Assembly (NCBI RefSeq): GCF_006345805.1
Contig: NC_042997.1
Location: 149,916,001 to 149,980,000 of the forward strand
From: Octopus sinensis
Lineage: Eukaryota
DNA: 64,000 nt
Direction: 5' to 3'
Shown: positions 37,967-53,239 of the stretch, one piece after another
How positions within the stretch are numbered: the stretch's first letter is position 1
How the letters are laid out: every line of letters begins with the position of its first letter
The notes under the pieces: model-generated
What the model was told of the DNA's origin: nothing
Databases searched by the model: none
The model's input: only the letters and a program-made list of their open reading frames with translations
Translations under genes and position numbers: made by a program

Positions 37967-38764
37967 GATGATGGTTAAGGGTGTTTCATGTGTGACTATT
38001 CTATTGTTTTATTATTAGTATTTTTCTCTGGACGTATTGCATCTTGGACAATTTACATCACGAACAAACATGCTAGGGTACGATTGAAGAGAGATTTGAC
38101 TGCCACTTCTAACATATTGATGAATGCGTAAACTGCTTTGGAGATGAAGAATTCCTCACATATTAGAAGTAGAGTCAGATGATGAGGAATAACTTGTTCA
38201 TAGTCAGACGTAACCTGTTAATGTATAGAAACACATCAACCAGATAATCACGAATTAGGTTTGGCAAGTACTAAGACTAACGGAAAATGCTCTCGTTTAC
38301 GGCTAATGGACTCTAGTTTGAAACTAAGCATGTCTGAATAATATTCTTGGAGAATTAAACTGAGAAATATAGAATAGAATATGAGTATTATGCTCATCGA
38401 AATAATAATGAAATGGCCTGCAAAGGACTCTGAACTCGGCATCCATGATTTCAAATCGCGGATAATTTTCTGAGTTCATTCGGCCGTCTGACTTCTATTT
38501 AACCAAAACAATATGATACAAAAAAAATAAAATAAAATAACGTAAAATAAGGAAACGAAGAACCTGAATATATTATTTCATGCTGTCTCTGATCATAATA
38601 AGGTTCTTTATTTATAGCTCTATTAAAACAACATTAACGTATTCAAGCAATGATAAGTAGATTACTGTAGATTCAACATTGATATAAGCACATGTATATT
38701 TTCCCAGGCAACCCTCCTGCTACCCGTCGATAATTCCCTACATATGTATTTATATATACGCGGA

Positions 38765-38835
<71 letters not shown>

Positions 38836-38845
38836 TATAATATAT

Positions 38846-38890
<45 letters not shown>

Positions 38891-40429
38891 TCCGCGTACA
38901 CATATCTATGCGTATATATATATATATATATATGTATATGCGTCCGCGTAAACATATCTATGCGTGTGTATATATATATATATACATATATATAGTGTGT
39001 ATAATATATATATATAACATATATATATACATATATATATGTGTGTATGTATATATATATGTATATATATATGCATACATGTGTGTGTATATATATACAC
39101 ATTTACACACGCACCCACACATATACACGTATATATGTCTATATGTGTGTATGTATATATATACGCACATACACATACGTATGTATATACTTCGAGAGAT
39201 ATTTGATCCTCGATGTTTCTTTTCCTGTCCCTCTCTCTTCATTGGCTTTTTCTCTGTTACTCTATCGCTCCATTCATAACATAAATTGCTTGATAGCTCA
39301 CATAAAGAACAGAAACGTACACATAGAGAAGGCGGTGGCTTATATGAATTGCTTCATTGTGTAACATTGCACGTGTCTAAAGAAATGCTAAATGTAACTT
39401 TGACACAGGATGAAGAATTTGTTGTTTTGTATCCATTTTTTTTTTTTGAGTAGTGCTTTTTTTTTTCTCGTTTACAATATGATTATGATAAATACATTTT
39501 GACGTATAGTGTAATTATTAATAAACAACGAAATGAGTCTCTCAGGCGCTGTACATCCTTCCCTTCCCAACAGGAAAGAACAAAAGAAAACAGAAAAAAT
39601 GTAATGAAAAACAACTTAGACTAGCTCTCAGAAAAAAATATATAGTTGTATGCGTCAATTATGTATGTAAATCTGTGTACATGTTTGTGTGAATGTGTGT
39701 GTCTGAGTGAGAAATTGAGTATGTAAACACGCATACATGACGAGAGAAAGGCAGAGCAAGAGAGAAAAAGAGAAGAGAAGAGAAGAGAAGAGAGAAAGAG
39801 CGAGAGAATGACAGAGAAGCAGAGAATGTGAAATATAAATATACGAAAATTCCTACATCGAAAATGATGCATGCGTCTATGCTTCGTTTCTTACACAGGC
39901 ACACACTCACCAACACACGCATGAAATATAGGCATTCATAAACACACACACACACACACTTATGCATGCATGTATAAATATACATGTGTGTGTGCGTGTG
40001 TACATCGCATACATAGAATTCATGTTAAACTTTTAACAGCTAATCTACATAGTTTATTCTTCAGATTTATTCTCGTCATGGACACCGAATGGACGTGTGA
40101 TATTTGAGTATATGTGACAGTAGTAGACCATCCTGTCAGCTGATGATTAACCGAGTGCGAAATTTTCTGCAGTTCTCATGTTATATAAGGAGCGTTAGTA
40201 CAGTTAGTTAATACCAATGAAGTTGTTATTAAGATTATTGCCGCAGTGGTAGATGACAAGAGTTTCTTTGAGGTTATCGAGGTCTGTTCAATGACATTGT
40301 AACAAACATGCGGTGAACCTACTTTGCTTCGTTCCTTGACTTTTTATTACAAAATATTTTTTGTATAACCGTTATTATAAATGTTTAATGTTACGTGACT
40401 CTATTTGTTTATTGTTTTCATCTTTGTTT

Positions 40430-41000
40430 TATGATATATAGGTGTAAATGGCAAAAGCAGGTGTTGTGCCAAGAGGCAGATTAGACAAATAGATTGATGG
40501 GACATTGGCAGATTGGCTGATTGGGAAGGACAGAGAGTTCCGAGAGCGCGAGACACAACGATCAGTCAGCAAGCAATACAGGCTATCAGGGAAGATGTGA
40601 GGTGTGGCTGAGAAAGAAATGGCATCTGTAACAGTAGATGAACAGAAAAAGAAATAGTGAACTATACAATAGGAAGAGGTAATTAGAAACATAACGTGAT
40701 AAGATGAACGATGTGGAAGTATGAAGCATTGGCTGTAGTGTGGGAAATTCAAGAAAGAGTGTAAAAATGTAGCGAATCGATTAGTGGGCAAGACAAAAAT
40801 ACCAAGTAACTAGTAGTCGACTGTTGAACGAAATATATAGTCGGGTGGATAGACAGGGAAATCTTTATGTAGGATGGAGGAGGAAGACAGAACGCGAATA
40901 ACAGAAAAGAAATTTAAAGAAAAAAATATACAGCTTTCCAATAGAGTAGAAGTATTAGAGTGGTAACGTGATGATATAAATAATATGAATGGAGAAAGCA
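40430..41000 (-). mobile_element. possible very decayed Penelope GIY-YIG relic
   Basis: Strong strand bias. LYCLLTDRCVSRSRNSL loosely resembles LYIGETxRxLxxRFxEH, and LPLGTTP resembles xFxLGTxxP. Confidence 0.3.
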
Positions 41001-41398
41001 ATGGGTCTGGGAACGGAGGTGGAAGAGAGAAATAATGTATTATAAGGAAATTGGCTTTATAGAATCAGAAGAGTGAGAGACTGAAAGCGTGATAGAGAAA
41101 GAGAATGAAATAGCAACAGTCAAGCAGTAAACGAGAAAAACGGTTAACCTAAAATATAATCAGATGAAAATACAGCGTGAATAAGACAAAGACAAATATC
41201 TGGAAAAGACAATGTGATGCAATAAAGACGAGTTATTAGGGAGATAACGTGATAACATGAAAGAGCCCTTGAAGAATATCGGAAAAGAAAGAATGACACG
41301 GAGAGGGAGTGGTCATAGATATGCTTCAGTAAGTTTCACTTGACGCTACGCAACAAAACACGCGCGCACGCACATTCCAACATATTGATCAGATAAAC

Positions 41399-41433
<35 letters not shown>

Positions 41434-41440
41434 CAGCAAC

Positions 41441-41510
<70 letters not shown>
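41399..41510. repeat. (AGT)n microsatellite
   Basis: Directly visible. Confidence 0.95.
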
Positions 41511-42076
41511 CTGTTATTATTGTTAAGGATCTGCCGCTGTATTATTAGTGTAATAGACCTAAAATACTAACCTCAGTGAAGGTTTACGAGGCCGATCTGT
41601 TTGCAAGAAATGGCAGCTAAAACCGTCCAAATCTTATCTATATTAGAAATCCTATCTTCCTTAAGATAGTGAGACAAATGAGACAAAATTGTAAATCAAG
41701 ATATTAGCATAAGAAAAGAAAGAAAATTGATGGTTGTGATTAAAATTATTTTCATAAAATGTTTGTTCGATGAGTGTTGATCTGAGTTAATTTAAAAACA
41801 AGGATTACACTATCGGTTTTTGTCTGTCCTAAGTAGAGTTTGATATATTTTAAGCATTCAGATCCTGGTACATACCCAGTCTCCTGTGTTTTGTCACCGC
41901 TAGTGACTAGTCGGTATTCAGCCCCCTAAATCTGATATTTTATTAATGTGTGTCGTGAGATGTCTCTCAAGCAATTATTTTATGTATGTATGTATGTAGT
42001 ATGTATGTATGTATCTATCTATCTAAATATTTATCTATTACTTATCTCTATCTATCTCTCTATCTCATATATATAT

Positions 42077-42118
<42 letters not shown>

Positions 42119-42314
42119 AGTAAATGTCCAACGACGAAACTGAGTTCTCAACACCGCATTAGTGGATGTAATTTCTTCATTTCTGAATAAAGGCTACCAT
42201 TGATTTCATATTTAAAAAAATAGGAAAATATCCAATTGTCTTAACAAATTTTCAAGTCGATCATATGGAGAATGGTGTTTGCCTCCATTTTGGAAAACAC
42301 AGCTTTGTATATGT

Positions 42315-42550
<236 letters not shown>

Positions 42551-44540
42551 GTGATAGTTGGTTAGAAAGTAACGCTAATTTTTTTTTGCATTATTTTAGA
42601 GTTACTCTTGAATGTATATGAGCACATACACATATATTTTAGTTAAAATTCAGTTATGATAATTTTTTATCAGAATATATTACTACCATGCCATCTTGTC
42701 GAGGAGATTCCGAGCTTTCCCAATTTTCAACATAAAATTCTGAGAAATGACGTAATGACTGAAGCGCTGCAATCACCCTGAAGTTAGTTTGATCGTCTTA
42801 ATATCTGATGATGATTGATTGTATTCTGTGTATGTATATATCGTTGATGTTAAGAAAAAATATTTTCAGAAATATCTGACGTCTTCTAATGATTTAATAA
42901 AAGACTGGATTATTTTAGTTGCTAAATTAAAAGTATCGTATGTTATAATGATGGGCGAGTGTAAGAAATGTTAGAGGACTTGAAGTAAATTCTTCGCAGT
43001 AGTAAGGAGTGGTGTCTTAGATTCCGAGTTCAAATTCATTATTATGCGCATTTGTTTTCTAACCTGACATATCCTCGATACCGCGTCTCTGTATGGTAGC
43101 TATTGATTATTAGCTCACTCAAAAGTACACAATGTATTTTTGGAGAAAGGTCGGGTGAAAACTATCATCGCAATTCTATAAAAGAAAAAATGAACTCGAT
43201 GTTTAGGTGTAGAATGCTTCTTAACCGTTTATTTACTCAGGAAATGTTAAGGTCTAAGCAATAATAGTAACCTGTAATCTTAAAATTTGAAGTTCTGTGG
43301 TAATTTATTAAGTCAACATTATTAGGGATCAAAACTGACTAGTAGGCCGTTGGTATAGGTGTTGCGGAGAAAATATTTCCTAGTTACACCTTTATGCTTT
43401 ATATACATCGTGCAGAAGTCGATTTCAAGTGGCAATCTTCTAAGACCAATAAACTAAGTGTCAGGTATACAGTAGAGTCGGCTTCATTTGATGTAATTAC
43501 CCCCACTCCTCCACACCAACACCACCAACACCCGATTATGTGTGACATAGTAACACAATAATATACTCCCAAAAATGAAAAATGGAAAAATGGAAGTAAG
43601 TTAGTGATGAGTTTCCAAGTAGCTTTGTCTGAAACACAATTCCTTGATTCGGTGAACAAGGCGAGTGAAAGTCTACTCAATCATTATATCTACTTAAAAT
43701 AACAACTAATTATCCCTCAAATAATAGTTACCTCTTTTATAAAAGGGACAGGGTTACGTTGTATGATACAGTCCTAGATGAAGTGTGTCTCCGGTTTTTG
43801 ATGAATATCATCGCTAGTTGTAGGTTTGCATCAGGCCAATCACTGGCCATTATGCAAAAAAGGATTGAATGGTCGCAGCCAGAATATTATTGATCATACA
43901 CCAGCGCACAAACAGCTGACCTTGTCAACAAGACTTGTAACATTGCATATGTCGTTAATGACCCTGGAAAAGGCTGGAAGATTCAAATTCAATTACATTT
44001 AACTGATGTTCTTTTTGTTCAGTCAAAAACAAAAACTCTTCTATAAATTGCGATTGTGATGAATATCTAGTTGTAATGTACTGTAGTACGCAAAGTACCG
44101 TAAATGATGTATAGTAAAAGAAGAAAGTCTCAAAATTACAGCCATTTAAATGAGATCCATTGTATGTAAGAAACCAATACTATAAAATACGACTGTGGTG
44201 AGTGATTTGTAATAAGAGGCAAGATTCTGGTAAGAAGAACGAATGATTGACATTTAATCTGGCATTGAAACTTCTTTCATGAAGTTGAAAAAGAAATTAA
44301 TATCAAGAAATACGAGCAATTATTTTGGAAGTATCAGATGAGTAGGTATGTAGCAAACCGAGTCAGCGACACACTTTTAGAAACCTAATTAAAACAAATT
44401 TCGATAACTTACTACGTGTATTATTCTGAGAAAATGTATAGTTAAAATATCCCGCTACAAATACCCTTAATAACAGAAGTAATAGTAAAAATACAAAAAA
44501 AAAAAGTTGCTATGAAAATCAAAGTAGATATGAAAATAGA

Positions 44541-44947
44541 TAGGCGTAGGAGTGGCTGTCTAGTAAGTAGCTTACTTACCAACCACATGGTTCTGGGTTC
44601 AGTCCAACTGTATGGCACCTTGGGCAACTGTCTTCTACTATAGCCTCGGGCAGACCAAATCCTTGTGAAGGGATTTTGTAGACGAAAACTGAAATATATA
44701 CATATATGTGTGTATGTGTGTGTATATGTTTGTGTGTCTGTGTTTGTCCCCTCAACATCGCTTGACAACCGATGCTAGTGTGTTTATATCCCCGTAACTT
44801 AGCGATTCGGCAAAAGAGTCCGATAGAATAAGTACTAGGCTTACAAAGAATAAGTCCTGGGGTCGATTTGCACGACTAACAGCGGTGCTCCAGCATGGCC
44901 ACAGTCACATGACTGAAACATGTAAAAGAGTTAAAGAGTATAAAGAG
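44541..44947 (+). mobile_element. abundant tRNA-derived SINE
   Basis: Matches 32399-32812. Confidence 0.9.
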
Positions 44948-46121
44948 TTGTTATGACTCAAAATACATGAAGAGAATAATGAGGCTGCAATTCACTCGTT
45001 TGGCCCGGTTGCTAAAGGAGCCAAATCTTCTTCATATCACTCATTTGTGAAAGAAAATTATAGACACATTGGATTATCTAATACTTAAGATAGTGCAAAA
45101 AAAAAGATTGTATTTTGTGATTGAAATGTATTTGATGAGATGCCCGGTAAATTCGTATTTCTCAACTTCTTAAAGTGCCTATAAATTTAAGTCTGTTGTA
45201 CAGTTTCCACTGCTAGGTAATTACATTTAACTTACACAACCGGATGTATTTGAACAGCATAAATAGCCATTTCCCCTACCTAGAAAGAAAATGAAAATAT
45301 AAGAACGCATGTAATTGTATTGAGAAAACAGAAACGTCCAAGGGCAGGAAATTGAGTAGCAAAAAGAAAGAGATCTAGTACAGCAGAAAACAGCAGAAAA
45401 TTAGAAATAGTATCGAAACAGACTGGAGCGAGCATAGAAAAGATTGTTTGAAAATTGAGTTTAGAACTTATAGCGAAAACACAAGGAACTAAGCCGAGAA
45501 TGATTAGCAGACCGTCGTCATATGATTGAACTGATAATAATAAGCAGAGAAGCATACAGATCAGTTTTATAATGTCATAAGAAATTTAAGAATTAGAGCA
45601 GAAATATTGATAATTTATACATGCATTGGTGAGTGGAAAATGGAGACAGAAAACATGGAAAAAAAAGATTAGAAAATTTTAGCAACAGACAATGATGTAT
45701 TATCCGGTTCAAAAACGGTGTGCCAAACGATTCAGAACGGCAGCCATGCTCTGAAAAACGTCACAGTTACTACCGGGACTGAAGTATATTATGCATGTTT
45801 CGCAGTCAAATATTGTAGCTTTCTCGTGGGCTGTGCATAAAAACTTGTAGTTTACAGTTGGAAGATTGACAATGAAATTTTCAAAAAAGTGAGAATACTC
45901 GAGTTAATTGTAATCGTTATATTTACACCCAAAATATTAACGATGTCGATTGAATATTCTATGTATCTATGCCGTGACTGGACCAAAACATTGGTATTTA
46001 AGCATGCATATATGATCCTAAACTTATCTGAAACATGCTTAGGACATGCAATTCAGCGAGTGAACATATCTCTGAAATAATAAACCATGACCAGCTGACA
46101 TCGAAATTAATACTATACATA

Positions 46122-46190
<69 letters not shown>

Positions 46191-46380
46191 AAATACATGC
46201 ATACATATATATGTACGTATATATATATGTGTGTATATATAATATATGTGTTTGAATAAATGCATATGGTGCATACATACATATGTAGGTAAGTGCATAC
46301 ACATGTTATGTAAAAGTGCGTATACATATGTATTTGTGTTTGTATACAAGTATATATATATATTCCATCAGACGTGTGTT

Positions 46381-46856
<476 letters not shown>

Positions 46857-46860
46857 TATA

Positions 46861-48141
46861 ACCCTCGTCGTGTTAACATCGTTGTATTTCGTCCGTCACT
46901 ATAAAGGCTTCTTCCAATGCGCCAGAGAAAAAAATTTGTTTGCTTGTTATCAGTCGTAAGACACTTGTTGTTTTCACCGTTAATGCTTCTGTATTTCATG
47001 TCTCTGTATTCCATTATTTTTTTTTTTTTTTTTTTTTTTTTTATATCTGTCCCTTTTGCTGTCCTGGTGTTCGTATGCATTCGATCCTTCTTCCAGGAAA
47101 TCTACGCTTCCAGCTTAGTTTTTCTAATGCTCGTTGCTTAGTTTTTCTTGGAGGGCTGGCCGTGATCTAGTAATCTCAAGATTAATCAGCCGAAATTACT
47201 ACGATGATCCGGTTCTTGACTGAAGACTGAGGGGTTCGAATGTCCTGTCCATGTTTATTGTGTCGTCTTCTAAGAGTTATACGTTCTTGTCCATGTTGTA
47301 TTTTTCTACATACCTTAACATATATTCCAGGCGCCCCGTACCCACCTTATCATTAATGTGAGCACATATTCTTAATAATTGGTACGACTCTCTTTTTGTC
47401 TCCCTCTCTCTCTCATTTTTACTTGATCTGCCCCCCTCTCTCTCTCTCTTCTCTCTACTCATCCTCTTTTTCTCTTCTCTTTACCCTCCTAATTCTTTGT
47501 CTCGCTCTGCACTCACAGGTCATTCTTCGACACCCATCCCTTCTCCTCTCTGATCCCTTCTTTCTCTCTCCTTGTTGCGTTTTGTCCCTCGTCTCTCTCT
47601 CTCTTCCTTTGCTTCTCTTTCTTTTCTTTTCCCTCTTCTCTGTCACGTGACTGTTGGCCGAAATCTGCCTTTCAGCTCCTGACCCTCGTCGTGTTAACAT
47701 CGTTGTTTTTCGTCCGCCACTATAAAGGCTTCTTCCAATGCGCCAGAGAAAAAATTTGTTTGCTTGTTATCAGTCGTAAGACACTTGTTGTTTTCACCGT
47801 TAATGCTTCTGTATTTCATGTCTCTGTATTCCATTATTGTTTTTTTTTTTTTTTTTTTTTTTTTTTATATCTGTCCCTTTTGCTGTCCTGGTGTTCGTAT
47901 GCATTCGATCCTTCTTCCAGGAAATCTACGCTTCCAGCTTAGTTTTTCTAATGCTCGTTGCTTAGTTTTTCTTGGAGGGCTGGCCGTGATCTAGTAATCT
48001 CAAGATTAATCAGCCGAAATTACTACGATGATCCGGTTCTTGACTGAAGACTGAGGGGTTCGAATGTCCTGTCCATGTTATTGTGTCGTCTTCTAAGAGT
48101 TATACGTTCTTGTCCATGTTGTATTTTTCTACATACCTTAA
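46861..48141. mobile_element. young partial-tandem element: two ~458-bp near-identical direct repeats around a CT-rich spacer
   Basis: 46861-47318 is repeated at 47682-48141 with few differences; both ends run into (TA)n. Confidence 0.85.
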
Positions 48142-48209
<68 letters not shown>

Positions 48210-48226
48210 ATAATATATATATATAT

Positions 48227-48336
<110 letters not shown>

Positions 48337-48406
48337 ATATATATATAATATATATATATATAAATATATTATGTATATATATATAATATATATATATATA
48401 TATAAA

Positions 48407-48477
<71 letters not shown>

Positions 48478-49277
48478 TATACACTTACATATAAGTGATC
48501 GATGACGCAATCAATGCACCGAATGGAAAATATCTGACTCCTGAAGCATCCCTTTATATCCAGGTCTATTTATATCCAGGTCTATTTTGTATGTATCTTC
48601 TACAAGGTTAATAAATTAAACACCAAAGAATTCCACTGAAAACAATAACCTTTTGAAGGTAATGCTACCACATGGAAGTCGTCAATCATTGTAAAAATAT
48701 ATACAACCAGTACTAAAATATATATAATTTCGCCACGATTCCATGCCGTTAGTGGTTTGCTGTTATATTTCATAATTGATCCTAAATGAATTTAGCAAAT
48801 TTCTTATTGAAGTCCTTTCCTATAGAATTTGAACTCCAGTCACAAACGGACGCAATCAATGCTTTTTGAAACTTTCGTCGGTTTTATTATAAAATACCTT
48901 GTTCAAACACTTAAACTATAATATACAACTCATTGATTTCAAATAAAAATTTTCGACTATGTTTTATACTCCCCCAAAGATTAGAGAGTAAATTTACAGG
49001 AGATAAGAAAATGTTCAAATATTTCAGTTAGGTGATTTACAGTCCGAAATGTATGTTAATGTCGGGCGTATTGCATTGGTACTTTGTGATATTTATGGTT
49101 TCCATTTATTTTTATTCATATTCATTGTATGAAAGCAAAACTACACAGGCAAAAAAAAAGACACGTTATATAACACATGCCAGATCACTATATTACATAT
49201 ATACATGTGTACGTATATGTATTAAGCAGTGGTTTTCTGTATATATATATATAAATATAAATATATATATACATATG

Positions 49278-49334
<57 letters not shown>

Positions 49335-49604
49335 AATATATATATATACATATATACATATATATATATACATATACAAATGTATATGTGTATATATATA
49401 TATATATGTATGTGTATATATATATATGGATATGTATGTACGTATGTATATATATATATATTATATACACATATATATATACACATACATATACACATAC
49501 ATATATATACACATATACATGTGTATATATATATATATATATACATATATATATACCTATATATACGTACACACACATACACACATATATATATATATAT
49601 TTAT

Positions 49605-49644
<40 letters not shown>

Positions 49645-49651
49645 GTATCTA

Positions 49652-49715
<64 letters not shown>

Positions 49716-49987
49716 CATGTATGTATGTATGTATGTATGCATTTATGTATGTATTATGCCTATGTCAACATTTGAGATATCACAATGCTCCTCAGAGGTA
49801 TAAAAGAATCGTGTGATTTGCAGCACCAGCAGTAGTTTAGGTCATATATCACAAATAAAAGAATATTACTATCTCTATATATTCTTACGTACTGTGTTTA
49901 TTTTTATTGCATGACTGATTTTCTTAGTCTTCTGGTTAACAGTCCCCGCCACACACACATACGCATATATATATATATATTTAGATA

Positions 49988-50842
49988 CGTGGTCCGATCA
50001 ACAAGTACCCAGACTGTTGCTATAGCAACGAAGCTAAATAATGAAGGGTGAAGCCGCTGGGTAGATTGACTTTGAACTCTGCTGTGCATCCGCACTAAGT
50101 TTTAGCGTTCTAGCTCACTTCCGCTGTTGGAAAGAAGGTGTGTAGCGTGTGATCGTGGTATTAAACATAAGGGAAAAAGTTGCGCAGAGAATCTACATCA
50201 AATTTTGCCGAAAGCTTGGCGATACCTGCTCAGAGGCCTGTGCATAGTTTTCAAAAAGTTTTCATCTTTCTCGACACAATCAAGGAGAACTTGTGCAGCT
50301 GAAACCCGAGTGTCCTTTTGGTCAACTGAAAGCCGTTTTTGCACAAACTTAGCAGACACTGGTCTCATGCCTAAATCTTCAGTGATAATGGACTGAATTG
50401 AACAGTAACTAATATGGTGATTCGACGATTTCCTTTCACAGCTGTTCGCACATCTGTGATTTTATTCTCAGTTCTGCTGGCTGCGTGTCTCCCAGAACGT
50501 TCATCAATATCGTCTTTTTTCGGAGATCTTGGAAACGTCTGAGCCATTCGAACAATTGTGTTCGGCTCATACATTCCTCTCCATACCTTTTCTGCAAATT
50601 TTCGTAGGTCTCTGAACAGGTATCGCCATGATAATTTTCTGTCGTGGTCAATGCGACGAGCACACGCTACAGACCTTCCTCCAAAACACTGCTGTAAACA
50701 GCAGAAGTGAGCCAGAACGTTAAAACTTAGTGCGCATGTACCGGAGTGTTTAAGGTCAATCCTTCTCGAGCGGCTTCACTCTGCGTTCTTTAGCTTCGAC
50801 ACCATAGCAACAATCCGAATACTTAGTGATCAGACATAGCAT
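49988..50842. mobile_element. mariner-derived non-autonomous element with long inverted arms (copy 2)
   Basis: TA-CGTGGTCCGATCAACAAGTACCCAGACTGTTGCTATAG terminus, inverted at 50800-50842. Minus strand GDTCSETYENLQKRYGEECMSRTQLFEWLRRFQD..SGRHAASRTENKITDVR; plus strand EKVAQRIYIKFCRKLGDTCSEA. Confidence 0.88.
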
Positions 50843-51116
50843 ATATATATTTATATATATATATATACATAATAAGGGTGAATAATTGAATACTAATTTG
50901 ATTAATATCAATTTAAAACCAGTGATCTAGCATATAGAAGAATCTGAAGATTCAGAAAAATTATATTACATACATATAAGAGGAATGACCACTAAGTAAA
51001 CATCCATTAGGCTAGACCCCCTATGGTCTTAGCACTAAGAAAGGAATATTCTCAAGAAAATTTAGCAAACGTCAGAACGTAAGCGAGCAAGACAAATAAA
51101 AAGATACAAAATATAC

Positions 51117-51179
<63 letters not shown>

Positions 51180-52427
51180 GGGGAAGAGAACATCGCAAAC
51201 AGTGAATGAAATAAACATGAAATGAAAAAATTGTATAAATAAAAGAACATTTCTACAGATGTATACGCCTCAGAATTTTTCGCCTCATGACATCCAGAAA
51301 AATTGATACTTTTTATCAAAATTTTCTACAGATACTGCTTTGATGTTGAGGCTTCAGAGTATCTAGGGATTTATGAGAAATAATTTTTCGGAAGTGGTGA
51401 AGAGAGGAGTTTGAAAAATTCACAGGATCTGACTTTTTTCCCTCATAACATTCAGGAAGACGGGTTTCTTCTAATGAAAATTTATACAAATCCCTTTCAA
51501 ATGACATTACGACTATAAAGAAATTTGTGGGGAAAATGTTTTCAGGGATTTTCCTCATTTTTTTTTTTAACCACAGTCTCCGAAATGATTTGGTGAGGTG
51601 GGGGGCATCTTTGTATGAAAACATTTTGTAAACTCTTTTTTGATACCCCCTCCCTTATCATCTCAATCCGGGCCTATTTTGGCCAATATCTTCAAAACCT
51701 TGGGGAGAACATTTTCGGTAAAAAAGTTTTAAAACTTGTTAATATTTTCAGAGGGAAAAGTGTGTGATTTAAGGGCGATTTGGATGTTGCTTTTAGCATA
51801 TCCAAAGATAATCCACTTTTCTTTATCGCTCTCGCATGTACTGAGGTTTTCAAATATTTTTCCCCCATAAATACATTTATATGCTATAAAAAAGAAAATT
51901 TGTGAAAAAATATGAATTTTTTGCAACCCCACTCCCTGCCCTTGATTGTTTCTGTTTAAAAATTAAAATATTGGAGATACTGAGAATGCCATTGCTGGCA
52001 TTTATCCACAGTGATCTTAAAAAGTTTACAGAGATGTACTTTCATAGAAAGTAACTTGATCTGAATATCGAATGAAAACTTAAAAGAGAAAGTGAGAGAT
52101 TTTGCAAATGAGAATGGAATACTCCCCAGTGTATGCAATAAATATTTGAATTTGTGAATTGGACGCAGTGAATGCAATGGATAAAATTTGCTAAAAACCG
52201 GAGTTAAAAAATTCAAGAATCTTGAGAAATCGAAATTATAGGAAATTTCTTCGAAGATGAATTTATAAAAACACTTCCAGAGGGTCAACCCTTTAATAAT
52301 TGCTTTCTTTTAGTACTTTTAATAATTGTTATATACCAAATTAATAAGCAGCTTTCCCCCATTATAGTATAGGTATATGTATGTATATATGCATTTTATA
52401 TACACATACATACATGCATATATATAC

Positions 52428-52458
52428 ATTTGATAGGTATGTGTGTGAGCGTGTATGA

Positions 52459-52496
<38 letters not shown>

Positions 52497-52581
52497 AATG
52501 CAATATATATGTATATTGCATTTGATATATAGATATATAGATATATACATTCATACATACTCACACACATACCTATCAAAT
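52428..52581. repeat. ~150-bp palindrome
   Basis: TTTGATAGGTATGTGTGTGAG..TCAAATGCAATATA / TATATTGCATTTGA..CTCACACACATACCTATCAAA, centred at 52509-52510. Confidence 0.85.
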
Positions 52582-53086
52582 ACACTGTAATATGGAACAT
52601 ATATCCCTCAGTTTTTAAATAAACATTACGTGATATGAGGTGGATATGGTTTCTATTTGACGCGTTATGACCAAGGCTTCATAGTTACCTGAAACTGTTG
52701 TTTTATCTTGCTTTTTCTTGGTCTAAACTAACTCATATCTAACTGCATTTTTTTCTACTTCACATTACATATTTGCACCTTCGTTTTTAAGTCCAGTTCG
52801 ATTTTGGACAGAAAATCAACACTGCTTATGGTTTCTGAAAGGAATTCCTGGAAATTTTGAAATTTTGGGGCGAATACTACACTCATGATAACAAAATACA
52901 TCGATCGTACGATATCTTCCTCCATTTTACTCTCTCTCTCTCTCTCTCTTTCTCCTTCGATTCCTATCTATCTCTGTCTGTCTCTCCCCTCTCTCTCCCT
53001 CTCTCTTTCTCACTTTTATGCTGTTTTCTGTAACGTTCTTTTGCCTCTCTGCTCTCTCTGTTTCTCTCTGCTCTCAACCACTTGCC

Positions 53087-53148
<62 letters not shown>

Positions 53149-53197
53149 GTAATTGGAAATGGATGCATCGCCTTCAGTTAAATAATAAATAACAATA

Positions 53198-53239
<42 letters not shown>

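Noticed and set aside
51230-52290. A/T-tract-rich block resembling a DNA-transposon derivative
   Set aside because: No matching pair of TIRs or TSD could be found, so it is left unclassified.
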